Below are positions 1 through 8,433 of a stretch of DNA of 64,000 nucleotides, one piece after another (position 1 is the first letter of the stretch; every line of letters starts with the position of its first letter). The DNA comes from Candidatus Bathyarchaeota archaeon (GTDB taxonomy: Archaea; Thermoproteota; Bathyarchaeia; 40CM-2-53-6). The stretch spans positions 1,056,001-1,120,000 of the forward strand of contig CAVSBL010000002.1 in assembly GCA_963726255.1 (NCBI GenBank), given 5' to 3'. The translations under genes were made by a program, and so were the position numbers. The notes under the pieces were generated by a model. The model did not search any database. It was not told the origin of the DNA and saw only the letters and a program-made list of their open reading frames with translations.

Positions 1-57
1 GTACATTCAAAGCTGCAAGAAGTACTATGCAAAGTTGACAGAGATCGGTTTTCTGAG

Positions 58-204
58 TTAGGGGGTATCTTTCCCCTTGAAGTACTCGCCTAGTACGGCT
101 CTTACCGCTTCAGGTATGGATTCTAGCTTACGGGCTTTTCGTTCTTGGTCCAGTGCTTTTGCCATGTCAGATGACATGGCTACCATTATTTTGTTGATTG
201 CCAA
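58..204 (-). CDS. Small ribbon-helix-helix (CopG/MetJ-like) DNA-binding protein, 48 aa (not in ORF track)
   Basis: Manual translation MAINKIMVAMSSDMAKALDQERKARKLESIPEAVRAVLGEYFKGKDTP*. Shows a beta-strand (KIMVAM), helix LDQER and S-x-x-E-A-V-R-x-V-L-x-E-Y RHH pattern; divergent from the IS6 remnant. Confidence 0.7.
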   Translation of the reverse strand: MAINKIMVAMSSDMAKALDQERKARKLESIPEAVRAVLGEYFKGKDTP

Positions 205-242
205 GTTGGACTCGCTACCATTGTATAGCGATATCAACCGTC

Positions 243-398
243 ACGGGCGAGAGTCTCCGCAACGTGCAGAAGTTCTTACGGTTGCAAGGTGTCGAAGTTC
301 ATTACACGACTATTCATCGTTGGATTCAGAAGTATATGAAAATCATGGGTCGATACTTGGCAAATGCAACCGCAAGTTGGCAACACTTGGAGAGCTGA
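243..398 (+). mobile_element. IS6-family transposase N-terminal HTH fragment (remnant)
   Basis: GESLRNVQKFLRLQGVEVHYTTIHRWIQKY matches the IS6 'SLR..v.HtTi.RWv.kY' motif; no catalytic domain follows. Confidence 0.75.
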
Positions 399-448
399 TG
401 AACTATTCCTCAAAGTCAGAGGCGACAAGAATAGGAACTGATTGAATT

Positions 449-1012
449 TTGACAACAGTGCTTGATTTTTTCCTAGAACTCGCAGCGGTTTTTCTCGGTG
501 TATTGGGAGCCTTTGAGTTGGATAACTATCGTGAAACAAAGGCTGAGGACAAAGAGCGTGTAAGACTTTTGGGATTGATTAGTCGCGAAGTTGATTCAAA
601 CAATGGCATACTCATTGGCATGTCGCGAGAGGAGGATGCTGCTTTTGGCGTTCCTAACGCTCGACCGATGCGAAATATCTGGGATGGAATTACCAGTAAG
701 CTTGCTATTCTGAGAAACGATGAACTACTTGAAGAGGCGACTATGCTATATTGGGATTTGGCTAATCTTGATGGAATGCTGGACATCTATCGAGATTATG
801 CTGGCCGATACCAATACGCGAGTTCAGAAGAAAAAGTGAGGTTGGGACCTATCCTATTTATCCATCGTACTCATTATGTAGACTACATTAAGAACGAAGC
901 TCTCCCCCAGATCACTATAGTGCGAAAGCTCATTGATGCGGAACTTTGGCGTGAAAAGAGTAATCGTGTCCCGAAAAGCAACACTGAGGGCGAGAAAACG
1001 GCTGTCCAATAG
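449..1012 (+). CDS. Hypothetical single-pass membrane protein (N-terminal TM followed by charged helix, L..E...N motif)
   Basis: 187-aa ORF with hydrophobic LAAVFLGVLGAF, then KAEDKERVRLLGLISREVDSN; lower GC than core genes. Confidence 0.7.
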   Translation: MTTVLDFFLELAAVFLGVLGAFELDNYRETKAEDKERVRLLGLISREVDSNNGILIGMSREEDAAFGVPNARPMRNIWDGITSKLAILRNDELLEEATMLYWDLANLDGMLDIYRDYAGRYQYASSEEKVRLGPILFIHRTHYVDYIKNEALPQITIVRKLIDAELWREKSNRVPKSNTEGEKTAVQ

Positions 1013-1128
1013 ATGCAACAGAACCCTAGGGGGATTGGGAGGCCTGTCCCGAACCTGCAAAAGCACCCTAGGCGCTAAGAATTTATACCGGGTTGTTACT
1101 TGAGGTAACAAAATAGGATGCATCAAAC

Positions 1129-2011
1129 ATGGTGTGGACATTCATCAAAACAACCCTCCTAATCGGGTTTCTAACGGGTATCCTCTTCGTAATCGCATAC
1201 CTGTTAGGCCTCTCGCCGATCCTTGCACTTGGCTTCGCCGCATTCATGAACCTCATAATCTATTGGTTCAGCGACAAGTTCGTCCTACGTATGGGCGGCG
1301 CCAAGCTCGTAACCGAAGAAGAGGCGCCCCGTGTATGCGGCCCTGAGGAGGCTTACGGCGGAAACTGGAACCGCGATGCCAAAGGTCGCGCTGGTGAACA
1401 GCCCAATCCCGAACGCATTCGCAACCGGACGCAGCCCTAACAACGCTACGGTTGCCGTTCACACAAGTCTGCTTAGCATCGTGAACGACGAAGAACTGGA
1501 AGCCGTGCTCGCACATGAGTTGACGCATGTTAGGAACTGGGACATGTTGACCACCACGATTGTGGCGACGGTTGCAGGCGCGATCACCTACCTCGCCCAA
1601 TGGGGATGGCTCTTCGGCGGCGTTTACGGATATTCCGGAGGTAGCCGGGACCGACAACAAGGAAACATCATCGGGCTCCTCCTCATGATGATTCTCGCCC
1701 CAATCGCCGCAATGCTGGTACAGCTTGCGGTCTCAAGGACCCGTGAGTACTCAGCTGATGAGGGCGGCGCCAAGATATCAGGTAACCCAATGGCGTTGGC
1801 TAGCGCACTCGAGAAAATAGATACCTATGCGAAGCAAAGGCCTACCCGTAGCAAGACGAACACCGCAATGTCTTCCCTCTACATAATCAACCCGTTCCAT
1901 GGTTCGTTCGTGGCCGAACTTTTCTCAACCCACCCTTCAACTGAGAAGCGCATCGCCCGACTAGAACAGATAGCTGAAAGGATGGGTACCGGGCGCTACT
2001 ACCCACGCTAG
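1129..2011 (+). pseudogene. htpX: Zinc metalloprotease HtpX (M48), frameshifted at ~1331
   Basis: N-terminus in ORF 1129 (KTTLL...YWFSDKFVL...EEEAPR). C-terminus in ORF 1331 (PNAFATGR, HELTH, SRTREYSAD, FSTHP). Frame change at cccCGTGTATGCG; TATA-like TTTATA at ~1082. Confidence 0.9.
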
Positions 2012-2105
2012 ACGCAAGGGCAACTGTATGTCACCCCTCCCCACACAGAATTACACGACACGGCTCTGCTAACTTGAATGGGGGGTAGCTGCGGATTTTG
2101 TAAAT

Positions 2106-2124
2106 GTTAACTTCTGGGGGGTCA
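2106..2124. repeat. Left arm of 19-bp imperfect inverted repeat (partner 5649-5667)
   Basis: Reverse complement of gttaacttctggggggtca is tgaccccccagaagttaac, which matches tgacccccccgaagttacc at 17/19. Confidence 0.6.
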
Positions 2125-2152
2125 TCGACGAATGAGTCTGGTAACTTGTAGC

Positions 2153-2782
2153 TCAAGCCACCAGTGATTCCGAAGGAGCTGGAATTTCTATCTCCGGAAG
2201 AGTGCTCTTAAGCGAAAGTCGGATATGATTTGGAAGGCTCTCAATGGCATCTTTAGCACGTTTCAGCAACGGACACGATCCATCTATGATTGTCTTATCG
2301 AACTCAATTACACGGTCTTTGTAGTCCGAAAGTGAAATGCTCGTTGTTCTGAACAACTCCCGACCCTCCAAATTGGAGTTCATCATCGCCATATTGGTGT
2401 ATAACAGAATCCACACCTTGAGATTCTCTTGTGTAACGTACTTGAGGAGGTTTTCGGCCTTTGCTAAAGTCCATCCGTCCATTGAAAGACGAGGCGGGGT
2501 GGTGACATACATCTTTCCCTCATCTGAAATAGCAATCTCATCCTGCATCATCTTTTGAATTGTGTCAACGCGTAGGAGATTTTCCGCGGTCTCTATTGCG
2601 AGCAGGGTTAGAATGCGATCCTTCTGCCGCTTCTCCCGTTGCCAACCCTTGTATGAATCCCAAGCAGCAAAAAGAAGAAAGCCAATCAATGCACCGATAA
2701 ATGCACCAAGTAGCGCGTAGAATGCCTCGGGAGTCAAGCCATAGATTACTGTCGTATGGGTCGCATTTTGAAGAATATACAA
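2153..2782 (-). CDS. Hypothetical single-pass membrane protein
   Basis: 209-aa ORF; TM ALLGAFIGALIGFLLF, then QREKRQKDRILTLLAIETAEN. Confidence 0.7.
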   Translation of the reverse strand: MYILQNATHTTVIYGLTPEAFYALLGAFIGALIGFLLFAAWDSYKGWQREKRQKDRILTLLAIETAENLLRVDTIQKMMQDEIAISDEGKMYVTTPPRLSMDGWTLAKAENLLKYVTQENLKVWILLYTNMAMMNSNLEGRELFRTTSISLSDYKDRVIEFDKTIIDGSCPLLKRAKDAIESLPNHIRLSLKSTLPEIEIPAPSESLVA

Positions 2783-2814
2783 GATTCAGCGGGAATTCTT
2801 TGAAGCTTTCCTTA

Positions 2815-3360
2815 TTATTGTTTCTTGAGTGGCGGGGGCTTCTTAAGTAGTTCAAGGAGCTTTGGTTTAAGCTGGAAAAGTTCGTTGGTAATCAGCTGAT
2901 GAACTTCATCAATCTTGGCAATCATCGGCTCACTAACAGTTGTTCGTTCATCATAAGGAACGCTTGTCATTTCTGATTCGTAATAATGAATCCAATTATT
3001 CTTCTCGTGCATGTGTGAATAGAGTTTCCTCAATTCGATTTGCAAGTTCTCTTCCAGAAGCGCTGTTAAACCCTCATGCCGGAATCGCTTGTAAGCGTCC
3101 ATCTCAAGCGGTAGCCACTTATCGACGGACTGGTGTTGCTGGTTCTGTTCAACTTCCCCCAACAGGTCAGTAAGACACTGTTTCCAAAGTCGTTCCTCTT
3201 GCTGAGCGCCGCGTCTATCTTCGTCAGCTTTTTGCATTCTCCACGAATAGCGTGTGGTCAACCATGATCCAAAGAATCCGAGCACTGAACCAATAACGAG
3301 GAAAACAATTGCTCCTAAATTACTTACAAGCCAACCCATTACGTGATCCGCTAACGCCAA
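2815..3360 (-). CDS. Hypothetical single-pass membrane protein
   Basis: 181-aa ORF; TM IVFLVIGSVLGFFGSWL, then a charged helix and LTDLLGEVEQN. Confidence 0.7.
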   Translation of the reverse strand: MALADHVMGWLVSNLGAIVFLVIGSVLGFFGSWLTTRYSWRMQKADEDRRGAQQEERLWKQCLTDLLGEVEQNQQHQSVDKWLPLEMDAYKRFRHEGLTALLEENLQIELRKLYSHMHEKNNWIHYYESEMTSVPYDERTTVSEPMIAKIDEVHQLITNELFQLKPKLLELLKKPPPLKKQ

Positions 3361-3372
3361 AGAATTCTCGAC

Positions 3373-3904
3373 TCAGGTGTGCTTGTGTAAGGTTGTTTGC
3401 TGCAACAGCCGTTGTTTCTTCCTTTCCGTGTCAGCTTTAGACGGTTTCCTGAACGTCACATTAACAGCGACTACCGCAGCGGGATAGTCAATCTTCCGAC
3501 CTTGTAATAGGTATGCTATTGTAAAGATTTGAATACGTGGGTACTTCTTTCCACTTAACTCACTGGCGACATAAAATCCAGCTGATGCTGCCTCAGTTTT
3601 CGTGGGAGTTGTCGGAGCTTCAAGGGTGATGAATGCGTCTATCGCAGCCTTTTCTCTTTCCACAACGCCTCGTAGGTCGCGAACTTGGGACACACCAACA
3701 CCGCCAGACTTGACTGAGAACACTATCTGGTCAACGGTGACTGTCTTAGTATCAAGCAAAAAGTAGAGACGGCCGTCGATTCCCTTGTCGGCTCCTTTCT
3801 TTATCTGACCAGTCGGCCTTGCGCCGACGAGTCCGAGAGCCCAACATTGGAACTGATACTCATCTTGTTTCGCTAACGCTTCCGCGTCTGGTAGAGATGT
3901 TGGT
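3373..3904 (-). pseudogene. 5'-truncated DNA methyltransferase / Mrr-like restriction endonuclease fusion (C-terminal part only)
   Basis: YQFQCWAL...KKGADKGIDG...SVKSGGVGVSQVRDLRGVVEREKAA...AASAGFY...YPRIQI is typical of the C-terminal Mrr-like domain of MTase-Mrr fusions. The N-terminus is replaced by IS sequence. Confidence 0.75.
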
Positions 3905-4382
3905 CGAACAGTGGCGGATGCACGAGCAGCATTCAAAGAAGCAAAAGCTGTAGCCAAGACAGACGCACGCCTTCTACTGACTGATGCACGCCTTCTACTG
4001 ACTGATGCACGCCTTCTACTGACTGATGCACGCCTTCTACTGACTGATGGCTTGCTCTCTTATGGTCCAGCAGCGGAAAAGGAATTTCCAAATGCGGTAC
4101 ACGTTTCAGGGATTGGCATTCAGGGACGGATGAACAATAATCGCATGGAACGCTACCACGGCACATTCAAGGAACGCAGCAAGGTCATCCGAGCAATAAA
4201 GAAACCAGACTCCTTTCGTTGAAGGTCAACGAATCCAATACGACTACCTACGCCCACACACAGCCCTAGACGGCGGAACTCCCGCACAAGCCGCTGGAAT
4301 CGAACTAGGCATAACAGGGAACAAGTGGGAATCTCTCATCAAGAAAGCTGCCAAAAACCCGACTCAAAAAGCGAAACCTTAA
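3905..4382 (+). mobile_element. IS6-family DDE transposase C-terminal remnant, frameshifted at ~4216, with internal tandem repeat
   Basis: LLTDGLLSY, NNNRMERYHGTFKERSKV; after the frameshift QYDYLRPHTALDGGTPAQAAGI...NKWESLI..* (stop 4380-4382). Confidence 0.85.
3965..4048 (+). repeat. Perfect 21-bp tandem repeat x4 (gcacgccttctactgactgat)
   Basis: Four identical units at 3965, 3986, 4007 and 4028; encodes ARLLLTD x4. Confidence 0.97.
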
Positions 4383-4429
4383 CCATCCACGCTCATAATC
4401 CATTAATCTCAATTTCTTGGATAGATTTG

Positions 4430-5071
4430 ATGAGAAACATGTCTAATAGGAAAACCGCGGAGCTTACGCTACATGTCAATCTTAAGCCTACAACTGCGTT
4501 GCCGTCGAAAGCCCTAACGGCTTTTTGGCGGAAAGTGCTAGATGTAGACTTTAGAAGTGCGATTGGCAGACCGAAAACGGATCACGTAAGTAGCGGCTCA
4601 ACCGGTGAATCACATGTCCTATACACTTTCGGAACTATACAGATCGCTCTCTACAGTCGTGGGGATGCGACTATTGAGGATGAGGAATTCGTACCTGGCC
4701 ATAGCGCGATGATTCAACGAATTGTGAATGCGATACTTCAAACGATTGCTCAAGCCGCGAACAAGCGTGTTTACATGCAGGTAGATGCCTACTTGGAAGC
4801 TGTCCTATTAAGAAAAGCTATTGGACAATTTCTACTTCGAAATGTGCGGTTTAGTCCGACAACACGATTCATCAAGCTCTTCGCACCCGCCAAAATCGTA
4901 AGCTTTATGCTCAAAATTTCGAATAATTTGAGCATAGCCTTTGTCGCACCAAACCACTTGGACTTCATTTACCTCGACAGGATTTCAATGGGAACGAACC
5001 GAAAGGCATTTGTTTCTAAGTTGGTGGGAACAGGCATGAAACACCTGAAATCTCTGGATAGGCGAGTATGA
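4430..5071 (+). CDS. Hypothetical protein (island cargo)
   Basis: Long AT-richer ORF; start taken downstream of the IS remnant; ATGA overlap with the next gene. Confidence 0.6.
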   Translation: MRNMSNRKTAELTLHVNLKPTTALPSKALTAFWRKVLDVDFRSAIGRPKTDHVSSGSTGESHVLYTFGTIQIALYSRGDATIEDEEFVPGHSAMIQRIVNAILQTIAQAANKRVYMQVDAYLEAVLLRKAIGQFLLRNVRFSPTTRFIKLFAPAKIVSFMLKISNNLSIAFVAPNHLDFIYLDRISMGTNRKAFVSKLVGTGMKHLKSLDRRV

Positions 5072-5448
5072 TGCGCTCTAGTCAGATTCATTCGGCTTTC
5101 ATCAATCGTTTGACAGGGTCTTTCCCTGATAGTCTTGATCATTTCTACCCAGATGCACGGCGCATTTTTCCCGACCTACCCATTAGAGTTCACGTTGCAA
5201 CGGCCGTTACTCTCGAAGAAAGGCTCGTTAGGCACTTGAGGATGAGTTGGAAAAATGAACGAAACACTTTCGGTTTCGATATTGTCGATGAGGATTACTC
5301 GGCAGTGGAATCTTACCTCCGTCGAGCTTTCAAAAACAAAGCTTCGATGTACGTAAGTGATGTGGCTGATGCATTGGGACTAGAATATGCTATCGTTCGA
5401 GAGATTATCGCTCAAATGATTAAACAAGGGAAGTTGAAAACGAAGTGA
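5068..5448 (+). CDS. Hypothetical protein with C-terminal winged-helix-like segment
   Basis: YVSDVADALGLEYAIVREIIAQMIKQGKL resembles a wHTH; coupled to both neighbours. Confidence 0.65.
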   Translation: MMRSSQIHSAFINRLTGSFPDSLDHFYPDARRIFPDLPIRVHVATAVTLEERLVRHLRMSWKNERNTFGFDIVDEDYSAVESYLRRAFKNKASMYVSDVADALGLEYAIVREIIAQMIKQGKLKTK

Positions 5449-5651
5449 GCGAACTTACCTATCACGACAAACAGAACGACGCCATTAAGGGTGATAAGAT
5501 AATTCTTGAGGCACGAAAGATCAAGCTTTCCACAAAGCCGATCAAAGGAAGCCACGCTCACAAAGCCCAACACGCAGAGGGTCGACACAACGCCATTGCA
5601 TGGGTAGATATTGAAATTTACCCAACTGGGCAATTCAAACTAGAGGGTTGA
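5445..5651 (+). CDS. Small hypothetical protein
   Basis: 68-aa ORF with GTGA overlap to the previous gene. Confidence 0.5.
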   Translation: MSELTYHDKQNDAIKGDKIILEARKIKLSTKPIKGSHAHKAQHAEGRHNAIAWVDIEIYPTGQFKLEG

Positions 5652-5667
5652 CCCCCCCGAAGTTACC
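5649..5667. repeat. Right arm of 19-bp imperfect inverted repeat (partner 2106-2124)
   Basis: tgacccccccgaagttacc; starts at the stop codon of the last cargo gene. Confidence 0.6.
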
Positions 5668-5840
5668 GATACCTTAAGCCCCCAGATTAGTTACCAGAAC
5701 TCACGACACCCCCCACCAGGGGGGTCCCCCGTTGAGTGAGAGGGTGGATCCACCCATCTTGGGGTGGAGCCAAACGGTGCCAAACGAGGGTAACTCTCGC
5801 CTCATTTTACGCCTCTATCCCCTAACCCGAAGCGTTCCGA

Positions 5841-6413
5841 TTACCCTTCGAGAACAGCCACCGCTCGAACAGGTGAAGTCGGGCCGTTCACACTGAGTGG
5901 AAAGGCAATGAGCCGAAACCTCGACTCCTGAACTTTATTCAAGTTGCGAAGGTTTTCCAAAACTAGAATTCCCGCATGCATCAATATTGAACGTGCCGGT
6001 AATTCCTTGCTGCCCTCCGCGTCCAGGCTGGGGGTGTCAATCGCAACGAGCGATGGTCGTTTGAATTCAAGAAATTCTGCACCATTCACACTCAGGTAAG
6101 CGTGTTGCGCAATGGCCGTGGTGCGCGCGGAATCACCCCAGCCGGTATGAAGAACAACAGCCTCACCCTCGCGCAACGCCAACCCTGCACTCTCTTCCGC
6201 GCCCTCCAAGTCTTCGTCATCGATCGGTTCCCCATCCTTCTTGCTCGTCAGGTCCAGAAGCACCGCTTGTACCATGAAGGAATCTAAAGCGAATCGGTCA
6301 AGTTTCTTCCCGTTACGGATGAGGTACGCAGGAGCTTCAATGTGCGTACCCGCATGGGTATCCTGCAAGACGGTTTCGAGAGGCAACTCGGTAGTGAGGT
6401 CTAGAAGTTTCAA
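5841..6413 (-). CDS. Cyclase family protein (kynurenine formamidase-like metal hydrolase)
   Basis: THAGTHIEAP, VVLHTGW, AIDTPSLD, LENLRNL, SPVRAVA motifs. Start placed at TTG (LKLLDLT); the ORF extends to 6539. Confidence 0.85.
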   Translation of the reverse strand: MKLLDLTTELPLETVLQDTHAGTHIEAPAYLIRNGKKLDRFALDSFMVQAVLLDLTSKKDGEPIDDEDLEGAEESAGLALREGEAVVLHTGWGDSARTTAIAQHAYLSVNGAEFLEFKRPSLVAIDTPSLDAEGSKELPARSILMHAGILVLENLRNLNKVQESRFRLIAFPLSVNGPTSPVRAVAVLEG

Positions 6414-6512
6414 AATGCAATCCTCTGGCTTACCTAGCGCCTTACTGTTCCAAGCAATCATTAAAGCGCTCCCACCAATAGAGCATGGAAAACCGATACG
6501 GCGGTTGATGAC

Positions 6513-7121
6513 ATGGCGACAACTGTGCCCCCGGGACAAACTTTCGCGAAACGGTGGGCAATCTACGCAGCCCTTGGTGTTCCAGAAATCGAACTTGAAA
6601 CGTGGCGCTTGTCCACGAAGGGGCTTGTCGAGAAAGAGCTGAGCCTCAGCTTCGATGATTTGCAGAAGCTACCCCAAGTTAAACTTACGAGGGATTTCAG
6701 TTGCGTCACTTCGTGGGGCATAAGGGACGTTGTTTGGGAAGGCGTCGCCTTCCGCGACCTCGCAAAGCTAACGGGAGCCAAGCCCGAGGCGAAGTGGGTG
6801 ATGTTCCACTGTGCGGACGGTTACACTGCACCTGTCCCACTTGAGGATGCAATGGTCGAAGACTCTCTGATCACTTTCAAGATGAATGGCAAACCAATCC
6901 CAACCCAGCAAGGTTTCCCTGCGCGCCCGTTCATTCCACACCTTTACGGATGGAAGAGCGCAAAATGGCTAACAGGCGTCGAATTCATGCGTGAATATCG
7001 AGACGGATACTGGGAAGAGTATCAGTATCATGAGCGTGGAAACATATGGAACGAAGAGCGCTTCAAAGGGCAAGGCGGAAAACATGTTCGGCATCGTGGG
7101 CTTGGAACTCTGCCAATCTAA
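6513..7121 (+). CDS. Sulfite oxidase-like molybdopterin-dependent oxidoreductase (YuiH-like)
   Basis: VPPGQ, DFSCVTSW (Mo-ligating Cys), GFPAR, YGWKSAKWL, GYWE..YHERG. Confidence 0.9.
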   Translation: MATTVPPGQTFAKRWAIYAALGVPEIELETWRLSTKGLVEKELSLSFDDLQKLPQVKLTRDFSCVTSWGIRDVVWEGVAFRDLAKLTGAKPEAKWVMFHCADGYTAPVPLEDAMVEDSLITFKMNGKPIPTQQGFPARPFIPHLYGWKSAKWLTGVEFMREYRDGYWEEYQYHERGNIWNEERFKGQGGKHVRHRGLGTLPI

Positions 7122-7201
7122 CTCCTGTGGCCTGCAGGGTGAATCTGAACCGCCAAACGCTTTTATGAATCGCCCTGACTCCAAATCGCAGGCGAACGTC
7201 A

Positions 7202-7588
7202 ATGGCTGACAGTGTTGTACACTTTGAGATTCCCGTGGATGAAATGGAGCGCGCGCAGAGGTTTTTCAAAGAAACCTTTGGTTGGTCGATAAACGCCATG
7301 CCGGAAATGGGCTACGCGATACTCGGAACCGCTCCGACGGACGCCGAGGGACGGCCCACTGAAACGGGCGCGATAAACGGTGGCATGCTCGAACGGCAGG
7401 AGCCTGTCAAGCACCCTGTGGTGACAATCAACGTCGCGAGCATCGACGACGCTGAGAAGCGCATACAGAAGAACGGTGGCAAAATGATCAGGAAGAAGAT
7501 GGCGGTGGGAGACATGGGCTTCGCCGCATACTTCCGAGATACAGAAGGAAACGTACTCGGCCTCTGGGAAAACGCAAAGGCGCAGTAG
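7202..7588 (+). CDS. VOC family protein (glyoxalase/bleomycin resistance)
   Basis: VVHFEIPVDEMERA..FF...FGW, GAINGG, FRDTEGNVLGLWE. Confidence 0.9.
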   Translation: MADSVVHFEIPVDEMERAQRFFKETFGWSINAMPEMGYAILGTAPTDAEGRPTETGAINGGMLERQEPVKHPVVTINVASIDDAEKRIQKNGGKMIRKKMAVGDMGFAAYFRDTEGNVLGLWENAKAQ

Positions 7589-8073
7589 TGTTTGGTTTGG
7601 CCGAGTCGCTCACTTCTGAACTGAAGAAGGCGTTGCTCGGCTGGTTCTACCCCGCAAGGTACAACCTAGAGAGATGGGCGTACGCCCTGCAACGTATCTC
7701 AGGCATTGCCGTGACGGGCTATTTTTTGGCGCATATTGTGGAAACCGGAAACGTTGTTGGCGGCCTGAGTGTTTGGAGTGTTCCGTCATTTGATGTGGCC
7801 CGGGATGTTTGGACAGCAACCTTCCTTTTCTTGGAGAACCCTGTCTTCGACATCGGCCTTGTTGTCATCGGCTTCATGCTTGCATACCACACCATAAACG
7901 GGATCAGGCTCACCCTGACCGAGTTCGGATTACTCCAAGGCCGGCCGGCCAGGCCCGACTTCCCGTACGAACCCAAGTCCTTCACAAAATCGCAGAGAGC
8001 ATTGTTTTGGTTGAGCATACTTTTCGCGGCCGCGACAGCCGTGTACGCCCTAAATCTTTTCTTCGGGGTTTGA
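7588..8073 (+). CDS. sdhC: Succinate dehydrogenase cytochrome b556 membrane subunit
   Basis: LQRISG...YFLAHI, YHTINGIRL; three TM segments. Confidence 0.8.
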   Translation: MFGLAESLTSELKKALLGWFYPARYNLERWAYALQRISGIAVTGYFLAHIVETGNVVGGLSVWSVPSFDVARDVWTATFLFLENPVFDIGLVVIGFMLAYHTINGIRLTLTEFGLLQGRPARPDFPYEPKSFTKSQRALFWLSILFAAATAVYALNLFFGV

Positions 8074-8076
8074 GGA

Positions 8077-8433
8077 ATGAAAGAATCCACCAGGATGCTT
8101 CTTCACTACATAACAGGGCTCGGCATAGTTGTTGCAGGCGGCCTACACCTCTTCACAGTATTCTTGACCGGACCGTACCTTCAGAACCTTGCATTCAGCG
8201 GCGGGGCCTATTCAGTTATCGAGGTTTACCGGAATTTGATGCTTGCCGTCACCTTGGAGCTGCTACTGATCTTCGTAGATTACCATGCCCTGAACGGAAT
8301 CCGAGTAATTCTGATTGAATTCCACCAAGGCCAGAAATGGGAAAGGGGCGTTTCGTGGATTCTGGCGGTCGCTGGAATTCTCTTGCTCGTTTACGGAACT
8401 AGAACAATCCTGATTGCCAACGCACTCGCCTGA
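8077..8433 (+). CDS. sdhD: Succinate dehydrogenase hydrophobic anchor subunit
   Basis: LHYITG...LHL, YHALNGIRVILIE; three TMs; follows sdhC. Confidence 0.75.
   Translation: MKESTRMLLHYITGLGIVVAGGLHLFTVFLTGPYLQNLAFSGGAYSVIEVYRNLMLAVTLELLLIFVDYHALNGIRVILIEFHQGQKWERGVSWILAVAGILLLVYGTRTILIANALA

Noticed and set aside
77-445. 122-aa ORF
   Set aside because: It is antisense to the RHH gene and out of frame with the IS6 remnant; no motifs.
3965-4048. CRISPR array
   Set aside because: The repeats are contiguous with no spacers, are in-frame within a transposase, and no cas genes are present.
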